Shown here piece by piece: positions 25,715 through 34,824 of a stretch of 38,173 nucleotides of DNA (within the stretch, counting starts at the first letter, position 1; each line of letters begins with the position of its first letter). The stretch lies in NCBI GenBank assembly GCA_018715425.1, contig DVLR01000139.1, positions 1 through 38,173 of the forward strand. Reading direction: 5' to 3'. The notes beneath the pieces are model-generated. The model was not told where the DNA came from and searched no databases. It was given only the letters and a program-made list of their open reading frames with translations. The DNA is from Candidatus Merdenecus merdavium (GTDB lineage: Bacteria; Bacillota; Clostridia; Lachnospirales; Lachnospiraceae). The translations under genes were made by a program, and so were the position numbers.

Positions 25715-27943
25715 ATGAGAAAAAGAATAGAAATCATGGATGGTTGGAGATTTATAAAAGAGAATATTACGGCGGAGAACGCCTCTATGGCAGGAGGAGA
25801 TTCTATAACCCTGCCACATACATGGAATGCACTGGACGGACAGGACGGCGGCAATGACTATTACCGTGGAACTTGCTGGTATGTCAGAAAATTTAAAAAA
25901 CCAGAAATCCAAGATAATGAAGAGACCTGGATGGAGTTTGAAGGAGTGGCAATGAGGGCAAAGGTTTATGTGAATGGATCTTTTGCAGGAAGTCACGATG
26001 GAGGTTATTCAACGTTTCGTGTAAATGTAACGGAGTATTTGAAGGATGAAAATACGGTGGCTGTATCTGTAGACAACAGCTATACGAGAGAAGTATATCC
26101 ACAGAAGGCAGATTTTACATTTTACGGGGGGATCTACAGAACCGTATCTGTATTGACCGTTCCAAAAGGGCATTTTACATTGGGATATTATGGAGGTAGC
26201 GGCGTGAAAGTGACACCTCACATAGAAGGAGAGAATGCCCGTATTGTGATAGAAGCATGGACGGAAAATGCAGTCGAAGGTGAAAAAGTTACTTTCATAG
26301 TTCTGGATGCAGAGGGAAATAAAGTTGCAGATGCAAAAACAGATATTTCTGAGAATTATACAAAGGTAGAAGTTTCGCTTGAACAGGTACATTTGTGGAA
26401 CGGCAAAAAAGATCCGTATTTGTATACATTGAAAGCAGAACTTGAAAGTGGAGATGAAGTTGAGGAGAAATTTGGCTGCCGTACATTTTCCATTGACCCG
26501 GAGAAAGGATTTTTCTTAAATGGAGAAAGCTATCCTTTATGCGGAGCAGCGAGACATCAGGACCGTCAGGGAGTGGGAAATGCACTGACAAAAGAGATGC
26601 ACGAGGAAGATATGCAGATGATGTTGGAGATGGGGGCGAATACAATCCGCATGGCACATTATCAGCACGACCAGTATTTCTATGATCTGGCAGATCAATA
26701 TGGAATGATTGTTTGGGCAGAAATTCCATATATTACAGAACATATGCCAGAAGGAAGAGCAAATACCATTTCCCAGATGACAGAATTGGTTGTTCAGAAT
26801 TATAATCATCCTTCAATTGTGTGCTGGGGGTTGTCCAATGAAATTACAGCAACAGGCGGTGTGACAGAGGACCTAGTAGAAAACCACAAAATTTTGAACG
26901 ATCTTTGTCATCAGTTGGATCAGAACAGACCGACAACGATGGCGCATGTGTTTATGCTTGATCCAGAGGACGAGTTGGTAATGCTCCCCGATATTCGTTC
27001 TTATAATCTGTACTACGGATGGTATGTAGGGGATGTAGAAGAAAATGATAGCTGGTTTGACCATTTTCATGAAAAGCATCCAGATACAGTGATGGGATTG
27101 TCAGAGTATGGTGCGGATGCGAACCCGCAATATCAGAGTATATCACCGGAGAAAAATGACTATACAGAAAGCTATCAGGCACTTTATCATGAACATATGT
27201 TGAAAATGTGGAGCGAGCGTCCATATATCTGGGCGATGCATGTATGGAACATGTTTGACTTTGCCGCAGACGGAAGAGAAGAAGGCGGAAAACCAGGACA
27301 GAATCAGAAAGGACTTGTAACATTTGACAGGAAGATCAAGAAAGATGCCTTTTATATCTACAAAGCATATTTATCAAAAGAGCCGTTTGTACATCTGTGT
27401 GGAAGTCGTTATGTGGATAGAACAGAGAAAGAGACCGAAATCAAGGTGTATTCCAATCAATCAGAAGTGACCTTGTATGTGGATGGAGAACTAGTGGAAA
27501 CAAAGCAGGCTGAAAAGGTATTTTGTTTCCGTGTGCCGATCAGTAGGGAGCATGTGATTGAGGCTGTGAGTGGAGATATTTCAGACCAGATGAAGATTCG
27601 CTACACAGAGACGGCAAACAAAGGTTATATTTGTCCAGGACGTGAAGTAATCAATTGGTTCGACAGAGACGATATGCAGGAAAGAGAAGGATATTTTTCT
27701 ATCAAGGATAGTGTTGCTTCAATCAAAGGGGTGCCAGAAGCTGCAGCGCTAATGGCAACAATGATGGAAAAGGTCACAGCTGCATACGGAGATGTGGCGA
27801 AAAATGTGAAACTGCCAGAAGAAATGGTGCGAAAAATGGAAGCAATGTCTCTGGAGACATCTTTGAAACAGGCAGGTAAGGCAGTCACCACAGAGATGAT
27901 TGTGGAATTGAACCGGAAACTCAACGAAATTAAAAAAATGTGA
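25715..27943 (+). CDS. GH2 family glycoside hydrolase (beta-galactosidase/beta-glucuronidase-like)
   Basis: 742 aa counted from the ATG at 25715 (SD GAAAGGA). It has a sugar-binding N-domain (LPHTWN...YYRGTCWY..FEGVAMRAKVYVNG) and TIM-barrel motifs (NTIRMAHYQHD, HPSIVCWGLSNE, GLSEYGADA). Confidence 0.88.
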   Translation: MRKRIEIMDGWRFIKENITAENASMAGGDSITLPHTWNALDGQDGGNDYYRGTCWYVRKFKKPEIQDNEETWMEFEGVAMRAKVYVNGSFAGSHDGGYSTFRVNVTEYLKDENTVAVSVDNSYTREVYPQKADFTFYGGIYRTVSVLTVPKGHFTLGYYGGSGVKVTPHIEGENARIVIEAWTENAVEGEKVTFIVLDAEGNKVADAKTDISENYTKVEVSLEQVHLWNGKKDPYLYTLKAELESGDEVEEKFGCRTFSIDPEKGFFLNGESYPLCGAARHQDRQGVGNALTKEMHEEDMQMMLEMGANTIRMAHYQHDQYFYDLADQYGMIVWAEIPYITEHMPEGRANTISQMTELVVQNYNHPSIVCWGLSNEITATGGVTEDLVENHKILNDLCHQLDQNRPTTMAHVFMLDPEDELVMLPDIRSYNLYYGWYVGDVEENDSWFDHFHEKHPDTVMGLSEYGADANPQYQSISPEKNDYTESYQALYHEHMLKMWSERPYIWAMHVWNMFDFAADGREEGGKPGQNQKGLVTFDRKIKKDAFYIYKAYLSKEPFVHLCGSRYVDRTEKETEIKVYSNQSEVTLYVDGELVETKQAEKVFCFRVPISREHVIEAVSGDISDQMKIRYTETANKGYICPGREVINWFDRDDMQEREGYFSIKDSVASIKGVPEAAALMATMMEKVTAAYGDVAKNVKLPEEMVRKMEAMSLETSLKQAGKAVTTEMIVELNRKLNEIKKM

Positions 27944-28018
27944 TATAAAAAGACATAAAAAAATGAATATTGAGCCCAATGGGAATTTATGCTAGGAATA
28001 GGACAGAGGACGGAAGAA

Positions 28019-28046
28019 GGGGATATCTGAAATTTCAGATATCCCC
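28019..28046. terminator. 28-nt perfect palindrome between the convergent GH2 and AraC genes
   Basis: The sequence GGGGATATCTGAAATTTCAGATATCCCC includes the last codons and the stop of the AraC gene. Confidence 0.55.
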
Positions 28047-29288
28047 TGTCTGATGGTATGTGTTCCGATATTCACTTGGAGAAAGACCTGTTTGTTCTTG
28101 AAAAACTCTCGTAAAGTAACTTCGTGAGGAGTAGTTCAGCTCTTGGCTAATATCCTGAATATTGTGATCTGAAGCACTTAGAAGTAGTTTTGCATGTTCT
28201 ATTTTTTTCTGATTAATGTATTCATTGATTGACAGACCAGTTTCCTTTTTGAATTTTTTAGTAAGATAATATTCGGCATAGCCAACAAGTTTTGCCAAAG
28301 AACTAACGGAAATCTTTTCACATACATGCATCTTGATATAATCGCAACAGGTAAGAATGGGTGTTGATAGTGACATTTCTTCTTTTGCTCTTTTTATGGA
28401 GTGTACTCGGCGAATAAAATCGTCATACATTGTATGATTCAGGTTCGCAAGCTCAGACATGGTCTTAGAGTTCTCAACCATATCTGTGTAAAAATCGCAT
28501 AAATTGTAAGCAGTGGCTGGAGGAAGTCCACCTTTGATAGCAGCGCGGCTTGCTAGTGTAATAAAAATAATAGAAGAATTTTTCCCTCTTCTCAAAGAGG
28601 TATTTCCTTTCATTTGCACTCCATTACTTATTAAAGCGGCTGATTCCAATACAGAAGAGTAGTTCAAATTGCCATCTTCAATCATGGTAAGCATCCGGCG
28701 CTCTATCGTATTGACACCTAGATGCAGAGAGGTGTGAGAGGTTTCTGCCTCCGAATTACCATCTACTCTACCGAAAAATGTTTCGGAATCATTTTGCTGA
28801 TGATGAATCTGGTCAATGGTTATATGGTGACCATTGACACAATACTCCAACATCAAAGTATATTGAAAAAGATTAGATGAAGAGATCGTAGGAATGGTTT
28901 CCAATATTTTTTCAGCTTCTCTTTGCATTTTAATAGAAATAGATTTTTGTCGAATCTGTTTTTTTAATTCAGGTAAAGCAGATTCATTGATAAAAAAGGG
29001 ACCCATAATGTGGATTTGCTGAATACTTTCGTCAAGAGTATTTTTCTCCATAACAGCAATCCACATCAAGCTTTCTTGATCGTACAGAAAAACGGGAAGA
29101 GTGTGTGATTGGATATAGTCCCACAAATATGTCTTACATTTAGAGGCAGAAAAGATAGCATCCAAAATTAGAGGGTTTTGATAGGAACTATCCTGAAGTT
29201 TTAAGGATGTATCGTAAATCCAAAAATATATCTCATGACAGCAGCAGAGAAATTCTTCTAAGAGTTTTAATCGTTCTTTTATAAACAT
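28035..29288 (-). CDS. AraC-family transcriptional regulator
   Basis: 417 aa with an SD AGGAG. The C-terminal double HTH reads ..LAKLVGYAEYYLTKKFKKETGLSINEYINQKKIEHAKLLL....YSSRSYFTRVFQEQTGLSPSEYR. Confidence 0.88.
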   Translation of the reverse strand: MFIKERLKLLEEFLCCCHEIYFWIYDTSLKLQDSSYQNPLILDAIFSASKCKTYLWDYIQSHTLPVFLYDQESLMWIAVMEKNTLDESIQQIHIMGPFFINESALPELKKQIRQKSISIKMQREAEKILETIPTISSSNLFQYTLMLEYCVNGHHITIDQIHHQQNDSETFFGRVDGNSEAETSHTSLHLGVNTIERRMLTMIEDGNLNYSSVLESAALISNGVQMKGNTSLRRGKNSSIIFITLASRAAIKGGLPPATAYNLCDFYTDMVENSKTMSELANLNHTMYDDFIRRVHSIKRAKEEMSLSTPILTCCDYIKMHVCEKISVSSLAKLVGYAEYYLTKKFKKETGLSINEYINQKKIEHAKLLLSASDHNIQDISQELNYSSRSYFTRVFQEQTGLSPSEYRNTYHQTGDI

Positions 29289-29543
29289 ATCTTGTTTCTC
29301 CTATATAGAAATATAAAGATTCTTTACATATGAGAACCTTGTTATCAGTTTACCTAAAATCTATTATAAGGGATATGAAGATAAAATAATAGATCTAATG
29401 TATAAAAATTTGACTTTCATTTAAATAAAAGCGAAATAGTTATCCATATAAGGAAAAAGTATTCTTTAGTTAGTACAAAAAAATGTATAATAAGACCTAT
29501 GAAAAGTACTTTTTGCATAGAAAACTTTAAGGAGTGTAGGGAA

Positions 29544-30935
29544 ATGAAGAAAGAAAAACAAAAGAATCCGAACAGACTTTCGGTGGGTAAATTTTTTGCA
29601 TGGAAAACAAGGGATGTCTCTCTGGCAGCTATTACGGTTATTATATCAGGGTACCTGATGATGTTTTGTACCGATACCTTAGGGATGTCCGCAGCTCTTG
29701 TGGGAAGTTTGATGATGGCATCAAAGATATTCGACGGAATTACAGATATTTTTGCAGGATATATTGTAGATAATACAAATACGAAGCTGGGAAAAGGGCG
29801 TCCTTATGAAATTGCAATTATTTTTGCGTGGCTTTCAACTGTATTGCTGTTTTTTGCAGATGAAAGCTGGTCAATGACTGCAAAATCAATTTGGGTATTT
29901 ACCATGTATTCCTTTGTATATTCTATCTTTTCAACATTGCTGACAGCCTGTGGCACTCCATATACAGTTCGTGCATTCAGTGGAAACCGCGTAGTGATAA
30001 CCAAGGTCGCTTCTTATGGGGGAATCGTTTCCATGGGTGGATCGATTATTGTTTCTTTACTTTTTCCAAGGATGATGGCTAAGCTTGTAATTTCTGCTAA
30101 TGGAGGAAGTGATGGATGGAGACAATTGATTGTCATGTTTGCAATTCCACTGGCTTTCATTGGAATTTTGCGATTCATCTTTGTAAAAGAGGATCCATCT
30201 ATTGATGCAGGAAAGAGCCCACATATTAGTATAAAAGAAGCAGGGCAGATGATTCGAATGAATAAATATGCATGGAGCCTTGCAGGTGTTGTAGGAATCT
30301 ATAATATGGTAGTAGGATTCGGAGCTGGAAGTTATTATTTTAGGTATATAGTAGGAGACATTTCGGCTTTCGGGCTTGTGGGTGTTTTGGGAATGCTGTT
30401 GTTACCAGTGATGTTTATTTTTCCCGCTTTGATTCGAAAGCTTGGGGTATCCAAGCTGTTTATTATAAGTGGTATTTTGGCCGCAGCAGGATATCTGCTT
30501 GTGTTTTTTGCAAAAGATAATATGGCAATGTTATACAGTGGAATTATCATGAGTACGATAGTCTCTCTTCCGATTTCCTATCTGCAGGTTCCTTGTATCA
30601 TGGATCTTTCTACATATAATGAATACAAAGGTATGCATCGTATGGAAGGGACAACAACAGTTGTGATTAACTTTGTTACGAAAATATTAAGTGGTCTTGG
30701 TGCTGGTTTAGCAGGAGTTTTACTTGGTGCATCTGGATTTGTTTCCACAACTGGAAGTGAGACTGTTGTACAGCCAGATAGCGCAATTTTTATGATCCGC
30801 GGTCTCTACAGCCTTATTCCATTAATTTGTATGATACTTATTATTTTATGTGCATTTTATTTCGGAAGACTTGAAAAGAAGATGCCTGAAATTGAAAAAG
30901 TTGTCAAAGAGAAAAAAGAAGCTATGACAAATTAG
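29544..30935 (+). CDS. GPH-family (glycoside-pentoside-hexuronide:cation) MFS symporter
   Basis: 463 aa counted from the ATG at 29544 (SD AAGGAG). It has about 12 TM helices and the GPH motif KIFDGITDIFAGYIVDNTNTKLGKGRPY. Confidence 0.85.
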   Translation: MKKEKQKNPNRLSVGKFFAWKTRDVSLAAITVIISGYLMMFCTDTLGMSAALVGSLMMASKIFDGITDIFAGYIVDNTNTKLGKGRPYEIAIIFAWLSTVLLFFADESWSMTAKSIWVFTMYSFVYSIFSTLLTACGTPYTVRAFSGNRVVITKVASYGGIVSMGGSIIVSLLFPRMMAKLVISANGGSDGWRQLIVMFAIPLAFIGILRFIFVKEDPSIDAGKSPHISIKEAGQMIRMNKYAWSLAGVVGIYNMVVGFGAGSYYFRYIVGDISAFGLVGVLGMLLLPVMFIFPALIRKLGVSKLFIISGILAAAGYLLVFFAKDNMAMLYSGIIMSTIVSLPISYLQVPCIMDLSTYNEYKGMHRMEGTTTVVINFVTKILSGLGAGLAGVLLGASGFVSTTGSETVVQPDSAIFMIRGLYSLIPLICMILIILCAFYFGRLEKKMPEIEKVVKEKKEAMTN

Positions 30936-30971
30936 GCATAGAAGATTTAAAGTATGAATGGGAGAAACCTT

Positions 30972-33269
30972 ATGAAGAATGAAGAAATCAGACAGCTAGT
31001 AGAACAGTTGACATTGGAAGAAAAAGCATCTCTTTGCTCTGGAAAGGATATGTTTTCCACCCAGGATATTCCACGACTGCAAATACCTTCCTGCACTCTA
31101 TCCGACGGCCCTCATGGAGTAAGGAAGCAGGAAGGAGAGCAAGACTTCATGGGTCAGAATGTTAGTGTAACGGCCACTTGCTTTCCAGCTGCCTGTGCCA
31201 CTGGTTCCAGCTTCGATCCAGAGCTTTTGAAAGAAATGGGGCAGTCGTTGGGACAGAATTGCCAAAAAGAACATGTACAGGTTTTATTAGGTCCAGGAAT
31301 TAATATTAAGCGAAGTCCTTTGTGTGGAAGAAATTTTGAATATTTCAGTGAAGACCCCTATGTATCAGGTGTACTTGGTGCTGCTTATATAAAAGGTGTT
31401 CAGTCAGAGGGTGTTGGAACATGTTTGAAGCATTTTTTAGCTAATAGCCAGGAAAATAGAAGACGTACACAGTCATCAGAGATGGATGAACGTACCTTGA
31501 GAGAAATCTATATCTCTGCTTTTGAGTATGCATTAAAAGAAAGTAAACCTTGGTCAGTGATGGCCTCCTATAATAAAATACATGGGATTTATGCTACAGA
31601 AAATAAAACTTATTTAAAAACACTTTTACGTGATGAATGGAACTATGAAGGGGCTGTAATAAGTGATTGGGCAGCGGTTCATGATCGGGTAGAAGTAGTA
31701 AAAGGTGGCTGCGCATTAACAATGCCAGGAGATAAAGGTCAGGACCATCTTATTATAGAAGCAGTGGAAAACGGAGAACTCTCCCTGAAAGATTTGGATT
31801 CCTGCTGTGAACAGATGATCGGACTGGCTATGAAGGGAAAAAAGGGAAGCCGAGAAGTACTTCCCTATGATTATGAAAAAGCCCATGAGCTTGCACGGAA
31901 AGTTTCAGAAGAATCTATGGTATTGTTGAAGAACGAAGAACATGTGCTGCCAATAGATTCTCAACAAAAGAAGATTGCCATGATAGGAAAGTTTGCAGAG
32001 ATACCAAGATATCAAGGACGGGGATCTTCTCAAATCAACGCATATCGTGTTCCATCCATCTTGGATGTGGTTAAGGACGAGAAAGATGTCTGCTATACAG
32101 AAGGATTTGATTTTGGAGAAGAAACGGATAAGGAAAAATTATTACAGGCTGTTATGCTTGCTCAAAAATCAGATGTTGCTGTAATTTTTGCCGGATTACC
32201 TCCAGTTATGGAGTCCGAAGGATATGACCGCTGGACCATGAAGCTGCCCCTTTGTCAAAATGAGCTGATTGAAGCTGTCAGTAATGTTCAGAAGAATACC
32301 ATTGTTGTACTTCAAAATGGAAGCCCAGTTGAAATGCCATGGGCGGATAAAGTGAATGGTATCGTAGAAGCTTATCTTGGCGGAGAAGCTGTATGTGAAG
32401 CAATATGGAATGTATTAACAGGCAAAGTCAATCCTTCGGGACATCTTGCAGAGACATTTCCTAAAAAATTATCGGATAACCCCAGTTATTTATTCTGGCC
32501 AGGGGAAGGAGACCGTGTGGAATATAATGAAGGTATTTATGTAGGATACCGCTATTATGCCACAAAGGAGATGGATGTTCAGTTTCCCTTTGGTCACGGA
32601 TTAAGTTACACAACTTTTGAATATACAGACTTATCTGTTGATCGAGATACATTTTCGGCAGGAGACACCATTCAGGCAGATGTAACAGTAAAAAATACAG
32701 GAAACAGAGCAGGAAAGGCATTGGTGCAACTTTATGTAGGAGTATTGTTAAATACTATGACCGTAAAGCGTCCCGTCAGGGAACTGAAAGGATTTAAAAA
32801 AGTATTCTTAAATCCTGGCGAGAGCAGGACCATTTCCTTTACACTGGATAAGCGCGCATTTGCTTACTGGGATAAAGAAGCTCATAATTGGAGAGTTGCA
32901 GAAGGAACCTACGAAATTCAGGCGGGATGGTCAGCAGAGGAAGTATGTCTGGGTAAACAGATAGAAGCAGAAGACGAATTTATTCCAACAGGAATAGTAT
33001 ATACCATTATGACACCAATCTGCGATGTGAAGAAGAATCCTGTGGGAAAAGAGTTTCTGACCCGAATCATGCCTATGGCAGAAGGAATTATAAAACGCAT
33101 GGGTAAAAATAAAGGCAGTGAACCTATGCCTTATGAAGAATTACGACCTTTGAATATGGGATTGCTCTCAGAACCTTTGCAGACTTTGAAGAGGATGCTG
33201 CCCAATATAACAGAGGATGAGTGGAAGAGCGTATTGGCTGAAATGAACAGTATAGAACGAATAGAGTAA
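30972..33269 (+). CDS. GH3 family beta-glucosidase/beta-xylosidase-like enzyme
   Basis: 765 aa counted from the ATG at 30972. Motifs include LTLEEKASLCSG, SDGPHGVR, KHFLANSQE, the nucleophile region GAVISDWAAV, and a C-terminal Fn3-like domain (VQLYVG...PVRELKGFKKVFLNPGES). Confidence 0.92.
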   Translation: MKNEEIRQLVEQLTLEEKASLCSGKDMFSTQDIPRLQIPSCTLSDGPHGVRKQEGEQDFMGQNVSVTATCFPAACATGSSFDPELLKEMGQSLGQNCQKEHVQVLLGPGINIKRSPLCGRNFEYFSEDPYVSGVLGAAYIKGVQSEGVGTCLKHFLANSQENRRRTQSSEMDERTLREIYISAFEYALKESKPWSVMASYNKIHGIYATENKTYLKTLLRDEWNYEGAVISDWAAVHDRVEVVKGGCALTMPGDKGQDHLIIEAVENGELSLKDLDSCCEQMIGLAMKGKKGSREVLPYDYEKAHELARKVSEESMVLLKNEEHVLPIDSQQKKIAMIGKFAEIPRYQGRGSSQINAYRVPSILDVVKDEKDVCYTEGFDFGEETDKEKLLQAVMLAQKSDVAVIFAGLPPVMESEGYDRWTMKLPLCQNELIEAVSNVQKNTIVVLQNGSPVEMPWADKVNGIVEAYLGGEAVCEAIWNVLTGKVNPSGHLAETFPKKLSDNPSYLFWPGEGDRVEYNEGIYVGYRYYATKEMDVQFPFGHGLSYTTFEYTDLSVDRDTFSAGDTIQADVTVKNTGNRAGKALVQLYVGVLLNTMTVKRPVRELKGFKKVFLNPGESRTISFTLDKRAFAYWDKEAHNWRVAEGTYEIQAGWSAEEVCLGKQIEAEDEFIPTGIVYTIMTPICDVKKNPVGKEFLTRIMPMAEGIIKRMGKNKGSEPMPYEELRPLNMGLLSEPLQTLKRMLPNITEDEWKSVLAEMNSIERIE

Positions 33270-33275
33270 GAAAAT

Positions 33276-33310
33276 CCCCTGTTCAATTTCTGAGAGAAGT
33301 TGAACAGGGG
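33276..33310 (+). terminator. Hairpin after the GH3 gene
   Basis: CCCCTGTTCAA / TTGAACAGGGG form an 11-bp stem with a 13-nt loop. The T-tract is weak (TAGCTTGTTTG). Confidence 0.55.
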
Positions 33311-33342
33311 TAGCTTGTTTGCATCGAAGGGAGATAAAATAT

Positions 33343-34722
33343 ATGATTTATGGAATTGATATGCAGATCAGACAGACGAATGAAGATGAGAAAGCAGCAG
33401 CATTGTTAGACAAATATATACCTGAGATGAGAGGGATGGCAGCTTCTAACAAGGAGGCAGGTGGATTTTCTATCAGAATGCTTTCCAAATATATGAATGG
33501 AGCTGTTTCAGAAGAAACACTTAAACAATTGGATCAAGAACTAAAAAAACTAGGAATAGAAAATGGGGGTATATCTCCAGCGGAAAAAGAACGGATAAAA
33601 CTGTATCAGCAAATTGCTGCAAAGGATGCTTCCAAGAAAAATGAAAAAGAAATATTTTGTAATACAGAAGTAAGACCTGGAGAAATATGGAGAGATACAA
33701 GAGGCAATCGAATAGAGGCACATGCTGGAGGTATGCTTTACGAAGACGGAGTATATTACTGGTATGGGGAGAATAAAGAACATACAGACGGTATATCTCG
33801 TATCTGGACATGGGGAATTCGCCTATATGCCTCCAGGGATTTCTATAATTGGACAGATATGGGACTGATCATCCCACCTGTTTTGGATGATCCAAACTCC
33901 GATCTTTTTCCAGAGAAAAGAGTGGATAGACCTCATATTGTTAAAAATAAAAAAACTGGAAAATATGTCTGCTGGCTGAAACTATGCGGTGCCAGTGCAA
34001 GCTTTGTCGTATTGACTGCAGACAAACTAACTGGTCCATATACTGTTGTACGAGAGCAATATAATCCTTTTGGAATGAAAATAGGAGATTTTGATATTTC
34101 CGTGGATGAAGACAATCAGATTGCCTATTTATATTGTGATGCAGAACATGATATGATCGTTGGCATAAGGTTGGATGAGACCTATACAGAAGGTATGGAG
34201 ATCGTATCCAAGCAATATGAACATCTTCATCCGCCATTTTGCAGAGAGGCCGTAACGGTATTTGAAAGAAAGAAGAGACTGTATATGCTGACAAGTGGAA
34301 TGACGGGATATGTGCCTAATCAGAGTGATTCTGCTGTAGCGGGTGGCTATGAGGACACTTTTGTAAGTATTGGTGATCCACATGTAAAGGATGCATCCAT
34401 GGCTTCCTTTAACAGCCAGATAGGTCAGGTGTTTAAGGTGCCAGGAAAGAAAGATTTATATGTGACGATAGCGGACCGATGGGTACCAGAATATATAGTG
34501 GATTACAAACGGGCAGATATTTTAAGACGTGCCATTGCTTCTAACCACGCTCCTGAAAAATATCAGGTAACAGATGAAGAGAAAAGAGAATTAATGAAAG
34601 CGCCCATGTTAGAAAGTGCCAATACACATCTTGCAACTTATGTGCTTCTCCCTATTTGTTTCGATGGGGATAAACTAAAGATTGAGTGGAAAGATAGTTG
34701 GAAGTTGGAGGATTATGAGTAA
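33343..34722 (+). CDS. GH43-like glycoside hydrolase (exo-beta-1,3-galactanase-like subgroup) with an N-terminal extension
   Basis: 459 aa counted from the ATG at 33343 (SD AAGGGAG). The segment WRDTRGNRIEAHAGGMLYEDGVYYWYGENK...IRLYASRDFYNWTD...VDRPHIVKNKKTGKYVCW is typical of that GH43 subgroup (recalled from memory). Confidence 0.7.
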   Translation: MIYGIDMQIRQTNEDEKAAALLDKYIPEMRGMAASNKEAGGFSIRMLSKYMNGAVSEETLKQLDQELKKLGIENGGISPAEKERIKLYQQIAAKDASKKNEKEIFCNTEVRPGEIWRDTRGNRIEAHAGGMLYEDGVYYWYGENKEHTDGISRIWTWGIRLYASRDFYNWTDMGLIIPPVLDDPNSDLFPEKRVDRPHIVKNKKTGKYVCWLKLCGASASFVVLTADKLTGPYTVVREQYNPFGMKIGDFDISVDEDNQIAYLYCDAEHDMIVGIRLDETYTEGMEIVSKQYEHLHPPFCREAVTVFERKKRLYMLTSGMTGYVPNQSDSAVAGGYEDTFVSIGDPHVKDASMASFNSQIGQVFKVPGKKDLYVTIADRWVPEYIVDYKRADILRRAIASNHAPEKYQVTDEEKRELMKAPMLESANTHLATYVLLPICFDGDKLKIEWKDSWKLEDYE

Positions 34723-34760
34723 ATCATGCAGTAGTGTGAATGAACAGGTTTTATTTCAAG

Positions 34761-34790
34761 GAACAGCCCCTTCCTCAGAAGGGGCTGTTC
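34761..34790. terminator. Bidirectional terminator hairpin between GH43-like and the NRAMP-like gene
   Basis: GAACAGCCCCTT / AAGGGGCTGTTC form a 12-bp perfect stem with a 6-nt loop. Confidence 0.7.
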
Positions 34791-34824
34791 CTATACCGTT
34801 ATTTAAAAGTTGCTATGTCAGAAG

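Noticed and set aside
3049-34383. Many 60-140 aa ORFs in the six-frame track lie antisense to, or out of frame within, well-supported genes. Examples are 3049-3276, 4705-4956, 7360-7593, 8642-8914, 9253-9905, 11031-11720, 12494-12763, 14029-14914, 15378-15727, 18661-19251, 19609-20514, 25228-27979 and 33521-34383.
   Set aside because: They are fully embedded in longer ORFs that carry clear family motifs. They have no SD sequences and low-complexity or odd composition. They are treated as shadow ORFs.
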